64,000 nucleotides of DNA from Octopus sinensis (Eukaryota). The stretch lies in contig NW_021831989.1 in NCBI RefSeq assembly GCF_006345805.1, positions 124,001 through 188,000 on the forward strand, in the 5' to 3' direction. A model generated the notes under the pieces. The model saw only the letters and a program-made list of their open reading frames with translations, had not been told where the DNA came from and did no database searches. Positions 25,710-37,948 of the stretch are shown piece after piece. Position numbers and translations under genes: made by a program. The first letter of the stretch is position 1, and every line of letters starts with the position of its first letter.

Positions 25710-26870
25710 ATGAGTTCAAGTCGGAAATTATCTGCTGTTCGAGACTACTTCAAAACCTCCCTTTTCTTGCTGGCCAAAGAGATTGTCGGGTTAAGAAACA
25801 CTCCTCTTGATGACCTAAGTATTCTGGATTACCTCGAAGCTAAATCGAGGTCCTCATTGCGGGCCTATCCAAGCTGGGGTCGCATGCGGCCTTTTTTTTT
25901 AAAAAAATTTTCTGTTTATTCTACACCTCATGGTCATCTCCCTTTTTCCAGTATTAAAAACAGCTACGGGGACAACGATTTTAAACATCTCTATTAATTT
26001 GGAACCCATCCAACTTAAGAACTTCCCAATCCGGCACGGAGGCATTATTTTGCATTTGTTGACCTCGCCTGCCACCTCTCATCCACGGTCGCTTCCCTAA
26101 ATTTCATCAACTTTGTCCCCTTCGCTTGCTCTAAACCAGTGGTTCTCAAGCTTTTTTAATCAGAGGCCACCAATATTAGTCTACAACACTTGATAATGCT
26201 TTAAACAGTCTGGGTTGGCTGAGTTTTCTAAGGCTGCCAATGTCGGGTCTTCTTCAAAGCTTGTGTTTCGATTAATGCGTCCAGAAAAATTGAGTCGCCA
26301 TAATGTGTGAAAGATTTTGAAAATTCTTCAAGTCAAAACTGCTCTTCGCCAGATCGCAAGTCTAAATCACGGTGACTGGCTAAAGGCTTTACCTTTGTTT
26401 TTCACCGGAATTTTGATGGACAGCGCGTCCCTAAAGATCGGAGTCTGGGAAAGGTTCGGCTTGGAAATATGTCAGCCACTTTCCTGCAAGAAAAGTGCAG
26501 GAAGGTCTCCATGGCATGAGGGAAATGGTGAAAAGAGCACTAAATTTCCTTCTGTACTCAAACCTATTGGACTCGACCGTGGAGATGGGAAACGCCCTGA
26601 TAAGATGACCATCTTTCTCTTCAAGTGCAGAAAGTCGCTTGTATGGAATTTACATGTCCTGGTTTCTTCAGCAGCAATTCCGGAACATGCCTGTCTACGG
26701 CAGAGGATTCGAATACCAAAAGGTATGCTTTCGTCCTGGAATCCGTCTGTTTTGCTTCGAATACCAAAAGATATGAGTCATACTATTTGGAGTTGTCAAT
26801 TTATTTAATATTTAAAAAAAGACAGTTATCTCGAGAACGAAGAGCCAGGATGATCGCGAAAAAATAAAAC
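25710..26870 (+). mobile_element. Highly degenerate CRE-like remnant
   Basis: LPIRHGG..DLA, GDWLKALP, KIGVWERFGLEIC, GLDRGDGKRPD fragments. Confidence 0.7.
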
Positions 26871-26908
26871 TAAAATGGGGAAATTTTAGACCCCTAGAAT
26901 GACCGCTA

Positions 26909-28011
26909 CAGTCCGACCCCCAAATGGGGCACCAAGTGCCCCAAAATGCGGGGGTGCCCCAAAAACAGGGGTTTGTTATTTTTGTAAAAATTAAACCATA
27001 ATAAACATCAAAAAACATTTTTACTAAAATATTCAGTTATTTTCTTTTTATTTGTAGAGTTTTGTCTGATATTGTTCGTCAATTTCAGCCGAAAATCAAA
27101 AAAATCTCGGAGCATACTTGGTGCAACATTAGAAATTTTTTCTTCTAAATTGTTAAGCAGATCTTTTGTTTTTGCTACGACATTTTCACTATTTTCGGTT
27201 TCTGAATATGTATCATAAACATTATTGTTCATGTCTTCGCATTCTCCATCAATTGTTTCGTTAACAACTTGATCTAAATGTTCATCTGTTAGACAGTTTT
27301 TTGTTGCATAAGAATCACGGTTCCTGTCGATTTTCTTCCAACAATTAACAATACTTTTAGCATCTATTTTCTCCCATCCTTTTGAAATTAGCATCATAAC
27401 CTGACGCAAATTTAATTTACCAATAGAATGTGTAAAATCGTTTTCGAAAGCTTTAAAAGAAGTAAATCCAATTTTTGAAGCTGTAACTAAGGCAATTTTT
27501 TTCAAAATAGGCCTGAAATCGGAATTTTATCTACGCGTAGTCTTTGAAATATTTCAAAGACTTGATCATCAAATTTATCTTTATCGGCTTTAAATGTGTC
27601 ATATTCCTCAGAAATAGTATTGCCGTGTTGCAAGAAAGGTACAATATTTCGTTTTATTCTTGATATTGTTCCTTTACTTGTGTTGTACTTTTTCATTAGT
27701 TGCCTCTCAGATAAATTTTTCTTCAAAATTTCTTTAGCAATCTTCAATTTAGTTTCGTAATCCATAACCACAACAATAAAAATATAAATTGAAAATAAAA
27801 CAAAAAATAATTAATTTATTATAATTTTATTTTATTTTTAATTCCTTATAAATGATTTTATGGTGCCCCAAAAATTCCATAATTTTTTATCGATTTTTAT
27901 TTTTTTTCTGCCAAAATGTACTTTTGGAATAAAGTGCCCCAAATTGCGGGGGTGCCCCAAAATCCGAGGGTGCCCCACCCCTGGGGTCTGCCCCATTTTG
28001 GGGTCGGACTG
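26909..28011 (-). mobile_element. pogo/Tigger internal-deletion derivative
   Basis: 21-bp TIR CAGTCCGACCCCMAAATGGGG with TA TSD at 26907-26908 and 28012-28013. CENP-B-like HTH (KYNTSKGTISRIK, KIPISG) joined directly to the C-terminus (KGWEKID..IVNCWKK); DDD core deleted. Confidence 0.92.
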
Positions 28012-28063
28012 TATAAGTATAATTAACCAGATTCATTTTGTTATTAAATATTATAAAATTAAC

Positions 28064-30640
28064 ATCGGCCGCTTCCTGCCTCGAACAAATTATCTCAGAA
28101 GCACTCAGTTCCGAAGAAGACCTCCCGTGGTTCCGTATCTTCCTGTTTGCACCTCTCGTCCTTGGAAACAAGCACGAGCCGACCAATCCCGGCAAGGGAA
28201 TCTCGTCCGCAATTAAGTCTCGGGCAGTTTCTTTCGGCGAGGAATGCGACAATCTTGTCCTACCCTTCCCTTTTCCCTCCTCTCAGAGGAAGTCCGGGTT
28301 ATGCGAAAATGGCACCGGACAGGACGCCAGGATGATCGATCGGGTGAATCGAAAGCTCCTCGAAGGAGACGTGAGAGCTGCCCTCCGTGTCTTGTGCTCC
28401 GGGGACTCTGTTGCCGAGTGTACGTCCAGAACATCAACTTTGCTGAGGTCAAAGCATCCGCCGGCCCCTGAAGACCTAAGGCCTTGGACTCCCCCCCGAA
28501 GCCCCACACTGATGATCATCACTGAGGAAGAAGTTCTGTCGGGAATCAGATCTTTCGGAGCGAGCAGCAGCGGGGGAATTGACGGCCTTCGGCCGGGGCA
28601 TATCAAGGACATGACTTCTGCGATCACCGGGCAATCCGGCTCTCGGCTCTTGTGTACAATCACGAAACTGGTCGGAAGGATCATCGACGGAAAGATCCCC
28701 CTCTTCGCGAGGAATCTCTTTTTCGCTGCCCACCTTCACGCTTTTCAAAAACCGGACGGAGGTGTCCGCCCAATAGCGGTTGGCAATTACTTCAGAAGGC
28801 TCTGCGGCAAAGTTGCTGCCAGAAGGGTTGCAACAAGAATCGGGGCCGAGCTTTCGCCTACGCAAATCGGTGTTGGTGTGCGTGGCGGCTGCGAAGGAGC
28901 TGTTCACGCCACCAGGGGTTTCTTCTACATGGGCCAACGAGTTACTACTTGTCTCGCTTGCCTACGGTTCGGAGAGCAGTCTTGTATACGGGAATGAGAT
29001 CATCCTTTCGGAGACCGGTGTGCAACAGGGTGATCCGCTAGGGCCACTCCTCTTCGCGATGACAATCGATGAGGCAGCTCGACTTGCTGTCTCTCAATTC
29101 AATCTGTGGTATCTTGATGATGCCACATTGGGTGGCCATGCTGACCAGGTCATTCGGGATGTCGAAAACATTGTACCAGCACTGGCTGCCCTTGGCCTGT
29201 CGGTCAACGCGAAGAAGACCGAGATCATTAATGTCTCGTGTTCGGAGGCCGACTTCCGATCCGCTGTGGCCCGCCTCAGAGCAACCCTGCCTTGTGCGAA
29301 CGTTATCCCAATCGATGATGTCACCTTTCTCGGTGGATCCATGACCGATACAAACCTCCAATGCATGCTTTCCGCCAAAGCCGAACACTTCCAAAGACTT
29401 TCAACAAATCTTTCTATCTTGGACTCGCACACCGCCTTTTTCCTCCTGAGGAACAGCATTCATATGCCGAAACTCATTTTCACCCTCAGGAGCAATCCCT
29501 GCTTCCTGCATATGGACCTACTCGCCGCATACGACGTAATCCTGAAAAAGACTGCCGAATCCGTCCTCAATGTACACCTCGATGGTCCTGGATGGGCCCA
29601 ATGCTCGCTCCCATTGAGATTCGGAGGCGCGGGAATCCGCACTGCATCCGATGTGGCACTTCCGGCATATCTATCCTCCCTTTCGATGTGCAACAACCTG
29701 GCCTCTGAGATCCTACTCAAATCTTTCGGATCTTGCCTGAATGGTGCTTTTTCGGATGGGCTCACTACCTGGGATCGCTCCTTTTCTGAGAGGCCCGAAG
29801 ATTTCTCTTCCCAACGTGCCTGGGACTCTATCGCATGCCGAGCGCGTGTGTCTGAGCTCTCGGCAACCCTTGATCAACACCGCCTGGCATGCCTTCGTGC
29901 GGCATCCGCCCCTCACTCTGGCAGCTGGCTGAATGCTCTTCCTCTCTCCAGCATCGGGACGTGGCTAGACGATGCTGCCATACGCATCGGAGTGGCTCAC
30001 CGTCTCGGTCTGGATGTTTGTGCAAAACACCGCTGCAGATGCGGTGAGAACGTTGACAAAAAGGGACTGCACCCACTTTCCTGCAAGAGGAGCGCAGGCA
30101 GGGAACACAGACACAAGGCCCTCAATGAAATCGTGAAGGCCGGTCTCGAAATGGCGGGCCATTCGTGCCTCCTCGAACCGGTCGGACTCGATCGGGGGAA
30201 TGGCAAAAGGCCTAACGGGATGACAATATTCCCGTACTCGTCGGGGAAGGCCCTCGTATGGGATGTCACCGTTGTGGATACCTTTTCGAAATCGAGGATC
30301 CATTCTTCCGCGGCAAACCCTTGTTCGGCTGCAAGCCACGCCGAAAATATCAAAATACACAAATATTCTTCGCTCGCGGACCGCTACCGCGTTACGCCAA
30401 TCGCCCTGGAGACCGCTGGAGTTGCAGGAAAGGAGACTGACTCGTTCCTCAAAGAAGTCGGGCAGTCCATCGGGAGGAGGCTCAAGGACTCGAGAGAGAG
30501 CCTCTGGTTCCGCCAGCGCATCGGCCTGGCCATTGTTCGGGGCAACGCACACTGCGTCCTCGCCGCTGGGACTTAACGATTTTCGGTGTTAATTGTTAGT
30601 TGAAAAAAAAAATTAATAAACTAAAAAAAAATAATAAAAA
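28064..30640 (+). mobile_element. 5'-truncated CRE-clade retrotransposon (family B)
   Basis: LRSKHP, GGIDGLRPGHIK, GVRPIAVG, GVQQGDPLGP, WYLDD, CRCG..HPLSC, RPNG..WDVT. A-rich tail; 11-bp TSD ATAAAATTAAC at 28053-28063 and 30641-30651. The KLD..NAFN motif is deleted, with a frameshift near 28930. Confidence 0.93.
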
Positions 30641-31079
30641 ATAAAATTAACTGAGTCACAAAACTTGATTTTAAACGACTAAGCATTTTTTTACTTTTAA
30701 TTCGTTTGGGTTGATAGCAATATATCTTTATCCAATTGAAATAACAAGGTTTCGGGATTCCAACGAATACAAACTTAGTTCGTTATTATAAGAAGGTTAA
30801 AACTATAAACAGACAAGAAGTGTTAATGTACGGTTATCTAACCAATACTTTTTATAAAAAACTAGCTCGGCAGCTCGCTTCGCTCACCGCGACCTAGCTC
30901 CTGCGGAGGGCCTGTTTCATCAAACAACTATAAGTTTATGTAGATGTGTATAAAACTACCTAGTTAATGTAACCCTATTCTATCGCCTGTTGATAAACGA
31001 TGTTTGTCGTCCGTCCTTCCTTGGCATATATGAATAAATGTTCTCTTCTGCCTACCCTCGAGCATCCCACATACAGCTT

Positions 31080-31430
31080 TCAATGTGAAAAGCACTCACT
31101 CTCTAAAAATAACCCAACTACCTTTAATGACTGTCCCTGGGGCTTGTTTATTGTCATTGCAAAACTCATCCTCAAAGGAAATTGCAGCCTTTTAAATCTA
31201 AATGGTAATTCATCAGAAATTATCGGAATTCGTGGAATATATACATCCTCACCTCTATACTTACCTGTTAATATCGTCGCCTCTATTACGTTAGCCATCA
31301 AATTTTTGATAACTAACCTCGTTCCGTTGCATAATTTAGGTGGCGCAAGATTTCGTAATAAAACCACTGGAACGCCTATCTTTAACTTTAAAAAATGATT
31401 CGGCATTCCAGAGGGATCTAAGGAGTTTAA
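31080..31430 (-). pseudogene. Helitron RepHel PIF1 helicase C-terminal fragment
   Basis: [55 protein letters not shown]. Confidence 0.92.
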
Positions 31431-31927
31431 AAATTCAATCCGGTTGAATTTAGAAAGAAAATAACAAAAAAATAAAAAAAAACAAATAAAATAAATAATT
31501 TAAAAACAAAAAAATAAAAAAAAACAAAAAAAACTTTAAAAATTTGTGAAATAGTATAAACAAAAAAAAATCTCTGCCGCCACGGCAACAACCTGTCTAA
31601 TTTTTTTAACAGCCAATAAGATAATGCTTAAGAGCCTTTATAGTCCGGAGATTTAGCTTAGTGACCTTGATTAGACAAACCACTGGCGGAGATGGGGCAG
31701 GCAGAGTAGCAGCAGCCAAAAAAGCGACGCACAAAAAGATTTAATTAATTACCTTAAGCTGACCGTTTTTTCTTCAGCTTCGTCTTCCCTCCTTCGGTTA
31801 TCTATTGAAAAAATTATTTTTGAATAATAAAAAAGTTTAGGAAAAGAGGCATCCGAAAATAATTCTATCTTTACAAAAAACTTAACTAAATAGTTAATAT
31901 TTTTACGCAAATTCTTCTGATTGCGCT

Positions 31928-32132
31928 GTCAATTGGTGGTAAATTGTGTTAATGATTGTGCTAATGTGGTTTCAACTATCAAAGTGTTTTTCAAAATCTG
32001 TTAATTGCACACTCTATTCAAGGTCGTGCGTCAATTGGTGGTAAATTGTGTTAATGATTGTGCTAATGTGGTTTCAACTATCAAAGTGGTTTTTCAAAAT
32101 CTGTTAATTGCACACTCTATTCAAGGTCGTGC
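31928..32132. repeat. Tandem duplication, 2 x about 102 bp, inside the Helitron
   Basis: GTCAATTGGTGG...AAGGTCGTGC repeated at 31928 and 32030. Confidence 0.92.
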
Positions 32133-32356
32133 AATCTGTAATTGCACATTCTGTCAAAGTCAAATATGATAATAGCTTTAATTTTGATTCATGGTCGATA
32201 ATGATATATGCATTTAATTTTAAAGAGAAAAACATAGGATGAATTGAATTTCTTTATCGCGAATAATTGGGAGTTCATCATTGTTAATATTCTCGCTGTC
32301 GTTTTCATCAAGGATATTCTTAATACGTGAGATTTTTGCCTTGAAGGTTTTAATGG

Positions 32357-33422
32357 ACCTCATCATGAATGTCGAGGACATTCGCGTTGTTCATTTTAAC
32401 CAAAATGCAGAAAATTTTTTTAATTTTTTTGGGGGGGAAGGTTTTAAGGACTTCATCATGTAAGTCGAGGACATTGTAGTTGTTCATTTTAACCAAAATG
32501 CAGAAAATTTTTTTTTTTTTAATTTTTTTGGGGGGGAAGGTTTTAAGGACTTCATCATGTAAGTCGAGGACATCGTAGTTGTTCATTTTAACCAAAATGC
32601 AGAAAATTTTTTTTTAATTTTTTTTGGGGGGAAGGTTTTAAGGACTTCATCATGTAAGTCGAGGACACCGTAGTTGTTCATTTTAACCAAAATGCAGAAA
32701 ATTTTTTTTTAATTTTTTTTGGGGGGAAGGTTTTAAGGACTTCATCATGTAAGTCGAGGACATCGTAGTTGTTCATTTTAACCAAAATGCAGAAAATTTT
32801 TTTTAATTTTTTTTGGGGAAGGTTTTAAGGACCTCATCATGTAAGTCGAGGACATTGTAGTTGTTCATTTTAACAAAATGCAGAAAATTTTTTTTAATTT
32901 TTTTGGGGGGAAGGTTTTAAGGACTTCATCATGTAAGTCGAGGACATTGTAGTTGTTCATTTTAACCAAAATGCAGAAAATTTTTTTTAATTTTTTTTGG
33001 GGGGAAGGTTTTAAGGACCTCATCATGTAAGTCGAGGACACCGTAGTTGTTCATTTTAACCAAAATGCAGAAATTTTTTTTTAATTTTTTTTGGGGGGAA
33101 GGTTTTAAGGACTTCATCATGTAAGTCGAGGACATCGTAGTTGTTCATTTTAACCAAAATGCAAAAAATTTTTTTTTAATTTTTTTTGGGGGGAAGGTTT
33201 TAAGGACTTCATCATGTAAGTCGAGGACATCGTAGTTGTTCATTTTAACCAAAATGCAGAAAATTTTTTTTTAATTTGTTTGGGGGGGAAGGTTTTAAGG
33301 ACTTCATCATGTAAGTCGAGGACATCGTAGTTGTTCATTTTAACCAAAATGCAGAAAATTTTTTTTCAATTTTTTTTTGGCGGGAAGGTTTTAAGGACCT
33401 CATCATGTAAGTCGAGGACATC
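32357..33422. repeat. Minisatellite, about 11 full units of 92-99 bp plus a partial unit
   Basis: Unit GGACTTCATCATGTAAGTCGAGGACATCGTAGTTGTTCATTTTAACCAAAATGCAGAAAA(T)nAA(T)n(G)nAAGGTTTTAA; variation mainly in homopolymer lengths. Confidence 0.95.
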
Positions 33423-33575
33423 GTATTGCCAATTTGAAGTTGGTGTGCATATACAGACAGACAGACACACACCATACCATTTTATTATTAAGATATATTT
33501 ATCAACACAAAATAGCTCGACAAATTAAACAACAAATAATCAAAATATTTTGATTAAAAATGTTACAAAATTGAT

Positions 33576-36311
33576 CTAGACAGCATTAAACAATTCAGAA
33601 GCAATATCCTGGATAGAAAGAGGAAGAAACGAAACAATCTCACTTATATAATTGGAAGGCGAATTCATTCGATATTTATTCACAATTGATAACACTATCC
33701 GGGCAATTTTAGCTTGAGCAACACTAAAACTAAATTACAGACATTACCGACAGGAACTGCTAACTAAATTCATATTGGCAAGACGTTTAGAATAGTCCAA
33801 AATTCTAAAAAGATAATATTCATCCGTCTATAGTGTTTAAATACATCCTGTACTTGAACGGGCTGTTCATAGCAAGTAAAATATTCATGAAATAATCCCA
33901 GATTAGACGAAAAGTTGGAAATCAAGGACACATTTGAATGGACTATATTAATGTATTTTTTTAAAATTTCTTCATTTCCCGTAACAAAAAGCTGTGATGC
34001 AACTCCTTTATTGACGAGGAGATGATTCGCCCTGACAATCTGATCGGACATTAGCAAGAAATAAATTTCTGTCTGAACAAGATTCCTTCCACGAGCAGAG
34101 CAAGCCTAATAAGTCGAAATTAAAAAACATAAAAACCAATGCCTGATATAAAAAACGTGTCGGAATTCCTGCAGACAACACAAACTGTTCTTTATCACCC
34201 AATTGGCCATTTTCCGACAACTCCACATTTGCGTATAAAACAGACTCAATGAGTGCCTCTCGACTATCAATAACAATATATCGATCACATTGTAATATCA
34301 TTGATAAACATTGAAACATAAATGGACCACTCCCAATGACCACTTTGCTCTAATTGCATGGCAAAGCGACTGCTTATTTCATCAACCACAGCCAATTCGG
34401 AGTCTTTGGAAACAACGTTTAGCGAAACTAACATAACTCCAATAATCCAACTAAAATAACTCAACCAAAAACCCAAACCTGAAAGTATAATCACTTTCGG
34501 AAATATTGAGGGGATTAAGCAAGTCGTTCAAATCACAGTCAATTTCACAAAATCGTAAAAGAAGCAAAAACGCCGCCGAAAATCGAGAATTCCCCACTCC
34601 CCAAACCAAATTCCCACTTGAATACAATTGGGAATTGCAATGAGGCTTAACCAGCCCATAATCGTCCGAATCCGACGTGATTATATTATAATACTGCATT
34701 ATAACATCACTCAAAGACACTTCCGGCCCATAGAAATATCTATGAATATACAAAAATGTCACTACGCTAAAAGAACTCCAAAACATTGAAGCCAATTAAA
34801 TTCCTCACAGGAATTGATTATTCTCCCATCATCCACTTTAACAGAAAGCAAACCAGCCATGAGCAAATAAATACGTTGAAGATTGTCCTCAAAACTCAAC
34901 GAAGGGGACTATCATAATGACAAAAATGGAGACCTCCTCGACCCAGTCAATCACTTGTTTCCGCATGAATGTCCTCCTATTGGCACTTCCGTGAGACATT
35001 ATTAGTGCCAAACGAGACAGTCCGTTATTCATTGCCATCTCACATGCCCTCTCAACTTGAAGTGATCCAAACAAGTGTCGAATTTCGTCAGTCATGCATG
35101 TAGGCACATTTTTGTAATGATCCGCCATGAAATTTTGTAAAAAACCAATCAGACGTTCTTTTTGGGTCATTTCAAAATCTCTTTCAAAGAAACTGTCAGA
35201 GGAAGGCCACAAAATAGGCATAATCCCCAAAACCAGCAGCATTTCATCTAAATTTAGGACAACCAGTCATACCTTTCTGCAAATATTCGCTTTTAACGAG
35301 TTCATTAAGTAAAACATGAGGATTTTTAAATTGATTGATCACATTTTGATGAGAGAACTTTTTTATCAATTCGAGAATCTAAAAAATTGAATATTCAACA
35401 AAACAGGCAAAGGATTGACTCTTTCACCCAACATTGAGCAGAATTTGAGCTTGTGGTTACATTTATCCACAAAAGAACGACCAAAGTCCGACTCTGGCCG
35501 GTCGGCTGATTGTAAAATAAAATTCATTCACTTTTTATCCGCTTAAATGGAACAACTATTGCATTCCGTCGCACAAAACAAGCACGAAATGACCTCGAGA
35601 AGAGAGTCCCAATGTCAGCAATCATCAATTCACGTCCACCGTAAAGAACGTCCTTTAAACCAGTTAAAGGCCTTCTTTGTGGCGACATTGACTCTTTAAT
35701 AAACACTTTTTTAGACCGAATATCGTCTAGTTTATAAAACTAACAGACAAACGGGGCTTTAAAGTTATTTTTGAGACATTTTTGTGGCATTTTGGATCGG
35801 GGATTAAAGGAGAGTGTTCCTTAGTGAAAGAAAAGTCGTCAAACTCTGATTTTTCGACTGTCATTGACTCAAATTCGAGGTTAATTGGCTAAAATAAAGA
35901 ATCGAGGACACCTCGTCGTCGACAGAATTGACGGAATCGTTGACAAGACCGTATTTTGTGAAGTGTTTGACTTCAAAATTACACTCACCCGATAAAGCGT
36001 CGTATGAAATAAACTTGGCGTCCAAATTTGAGATTTTTTGTCTTAAATAGTCTTCATAACTGGTTTGGTCGTCGTCTTGAGGAAATTGGCATTTTAGAAC
36101 TATGGTGGCTGGCCGGTTAAGTCCGCTGCCGAGAGGAGGAGTGTCTTCTTCGTTGAAATATATTTGTACATAGTTTTTGCCAATTTCAGCTAAGATTTTG
36201 ATATAGAAAGATACAATTATTGAATATTTCACTTAAAGTTGTATTTGTTATTCCTGGGAAGTATACTGAGCCAAATTCATTGTAAAGTTTCAAGTTTGAA
36301 AAAAGTGGCAT
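33576..36311 (-). CDS. NUP96: NUP96 with N-terminal autoproteolytic (Nucleoporin2) domain; no GLFG region seen
   Basis: FGSVYFPG..YVQIYFNEEDTPPLGSGLNRPATIVL..YDALSGECNFEVKHFTKYGL; LALIMSHGS, QLEQSGHWEWSIYV, VAQAKIARIV..FLPLS. Many introns; internal boundaries not all resolved. Confidence 0.85.
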
Positions 36312-36599
36312 TTAACAAATGTACTTTGTTCAACAAACAGTGAAATCACAATAATGAAAAACGCGTCTTTTATATTCAAATTTTTAAATAAAATAATTAC
36401 TTTTTATATAATACTTAATATTTAAATAATAATGTAGATATTTTAATAGGAAAAAGGCAGCAACTTATTACTACATTTTCAGTACACATCAAACCTGCAA
36501 ATAAAGAGAAGATGGATTTAATTTTTGCCCTAAATATACAATTATTAGCAAAGATCATAACTATTGATTATCTCAAGAACTTTAAAGAGGACTTTTTGC

Positions 36600-37700
36600 C
36601 GAATAAAACTAATTTTAAATCGTTTTTCAAATGTATGGATCAACAGAATTTCAAATTGATTTTTTATAGATCGATTTTATATCTTTTGAAGAGCACGCCT
36701 CTACTACTGACCAACTGGCATGCCGCAAAGACATTTTAATGAACGCTAAAAAAAATATAATGACTGACCCTGTAATGAAGATAAGGAATGAAAAAGGTTA
36801 CCAACGATTTAGATTTTTTTCCAAAATAAAAGCAGTCCCCATGAAGCATAAGCGTAGGATATATTGACAATATATGTTTCCAAGACCGTGTGAGTACTTT
36901 TCTTTCATATTCTGAATAAGCATCTCAACATATTCATTTTCTCTTTTAATTTTAGAAGTATGTTATTTAAATGTGGAAAAAGCAGAGATGCATATCAAGC
37001 CAATACAATGTCATAAGACAGTAAAACATTATTATCGTCCAGAAGAGATGGAAGGTCTTCTAAAGATTGAATAGAGCAGCGGATAAGGGAAAACCTGAGA
37101 TACTCCGTTGGGAAGAAAACGTGACAAAGTCTTCAGTTCTCCCAGACAAACCTAATTTTTCGTTCATTTTAAAGGTTCGTGATATATAGTTTGAGCTTGC
37201 CTGAAAACGTTTGAATTATTTTCCTTGATATAATCTTGCTCGAAACTAAGTCAAAAGCTTTTTGTATATCAACAAAACAGAGCACTGTTTTTAAGTGTCT
37301 TACAAATCCACCACAAATAAAATCCATCAGTGTCTGTAAGTATGTAGATGTGGATTTTTCATTTTGAACCCATGCTGAAATAGACTTTCCGGTAAAAATT
37401 CATTTTATTCTTTTAAGTGCCAACTTCTCTAGGATTTTAGCCATAAAGCATAAAACAGAAACAAGTCTAAAAAACGCAGAGTCATCTCCAGGTCTTATTA
37501 GTGCCTGTTTTTATAATAACGTTATCACATTTTGATTGATCGAGTATTTGAAGATAGCTGTTAGAAAGGTAACTCACCCGTCATTAAGATTTTTTAATAG
37601 AATAATCGGGATGTTATCTGTACCACGAGAGTATGTCGGTTTTTGGGATATAAAGTATTCTACACTTCTTCACTGAAAAAGGCTTCTGTTTGGAGGCAGT
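36600..37700 (-). mobile_element. Degenerate LINE RT (related to the 16340-17220 family)
   Basis: GTDNIP, FRLVSVLCFMAKILEK, FQHGF, VDIQKAFD, GVSQG..LS fragments. Confidence 0.7.
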
Positions 37701-37948
37701 ATATCCGATTTCCTGTGCTCCTTATGTAAGATTTTCTTTCCACAATTTTGATTTTGATTTACAGGTGTAATTTCCTTTTCTTTTTAGTCTTTATTTCATT
37801 ATTAAATGTTCTGATTTGAATCTTTATATCCAATATCATTTTTAGATTTCTTGAGATGATTTAATCAGATAGTTTAAAAATTAAAAATAAAATAAATTTT
37901 GTTTCTAAAAATTAAAACAAAAGTAGTCATTTTCAAATAAATATTCAC

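Larger units (their letters stand above)
21992..25763. repeat. Segmental duplication copy 2
   Basis: Colinear with 16752-19953; its LINE fragment (21992-22510, minus strand) retains YADD. Confidence 0.95.
30862..33493 (-). mobile_element. Non-autonomous Helitron (2632 bp)
   Basis: On the minus strand: A|TCTTAATAATAAA 5' end followed by (CTGT)n; 3' GC-rich subterminal GGTGAGCGAAGCGAGCTGCC then CTAG|T; no TSD; contains a PIF1 helicase fragment. Confidence 0.9.

Noticed and set aside
26129-26206. Buster-type MITE (CAGTGGTTCTCAA after CTCTAAAC)
   Set aside because: Only one clear TIR and a mismatched TSD; at most a decayed footprint.
32357-33422. CRISPR-like array, or a repeat protein (ORF 32350-32595)
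   Set aside because: Units are contiguous with no unique spacers, the context is eukaryotic, and homopolymer length changes break any frame.
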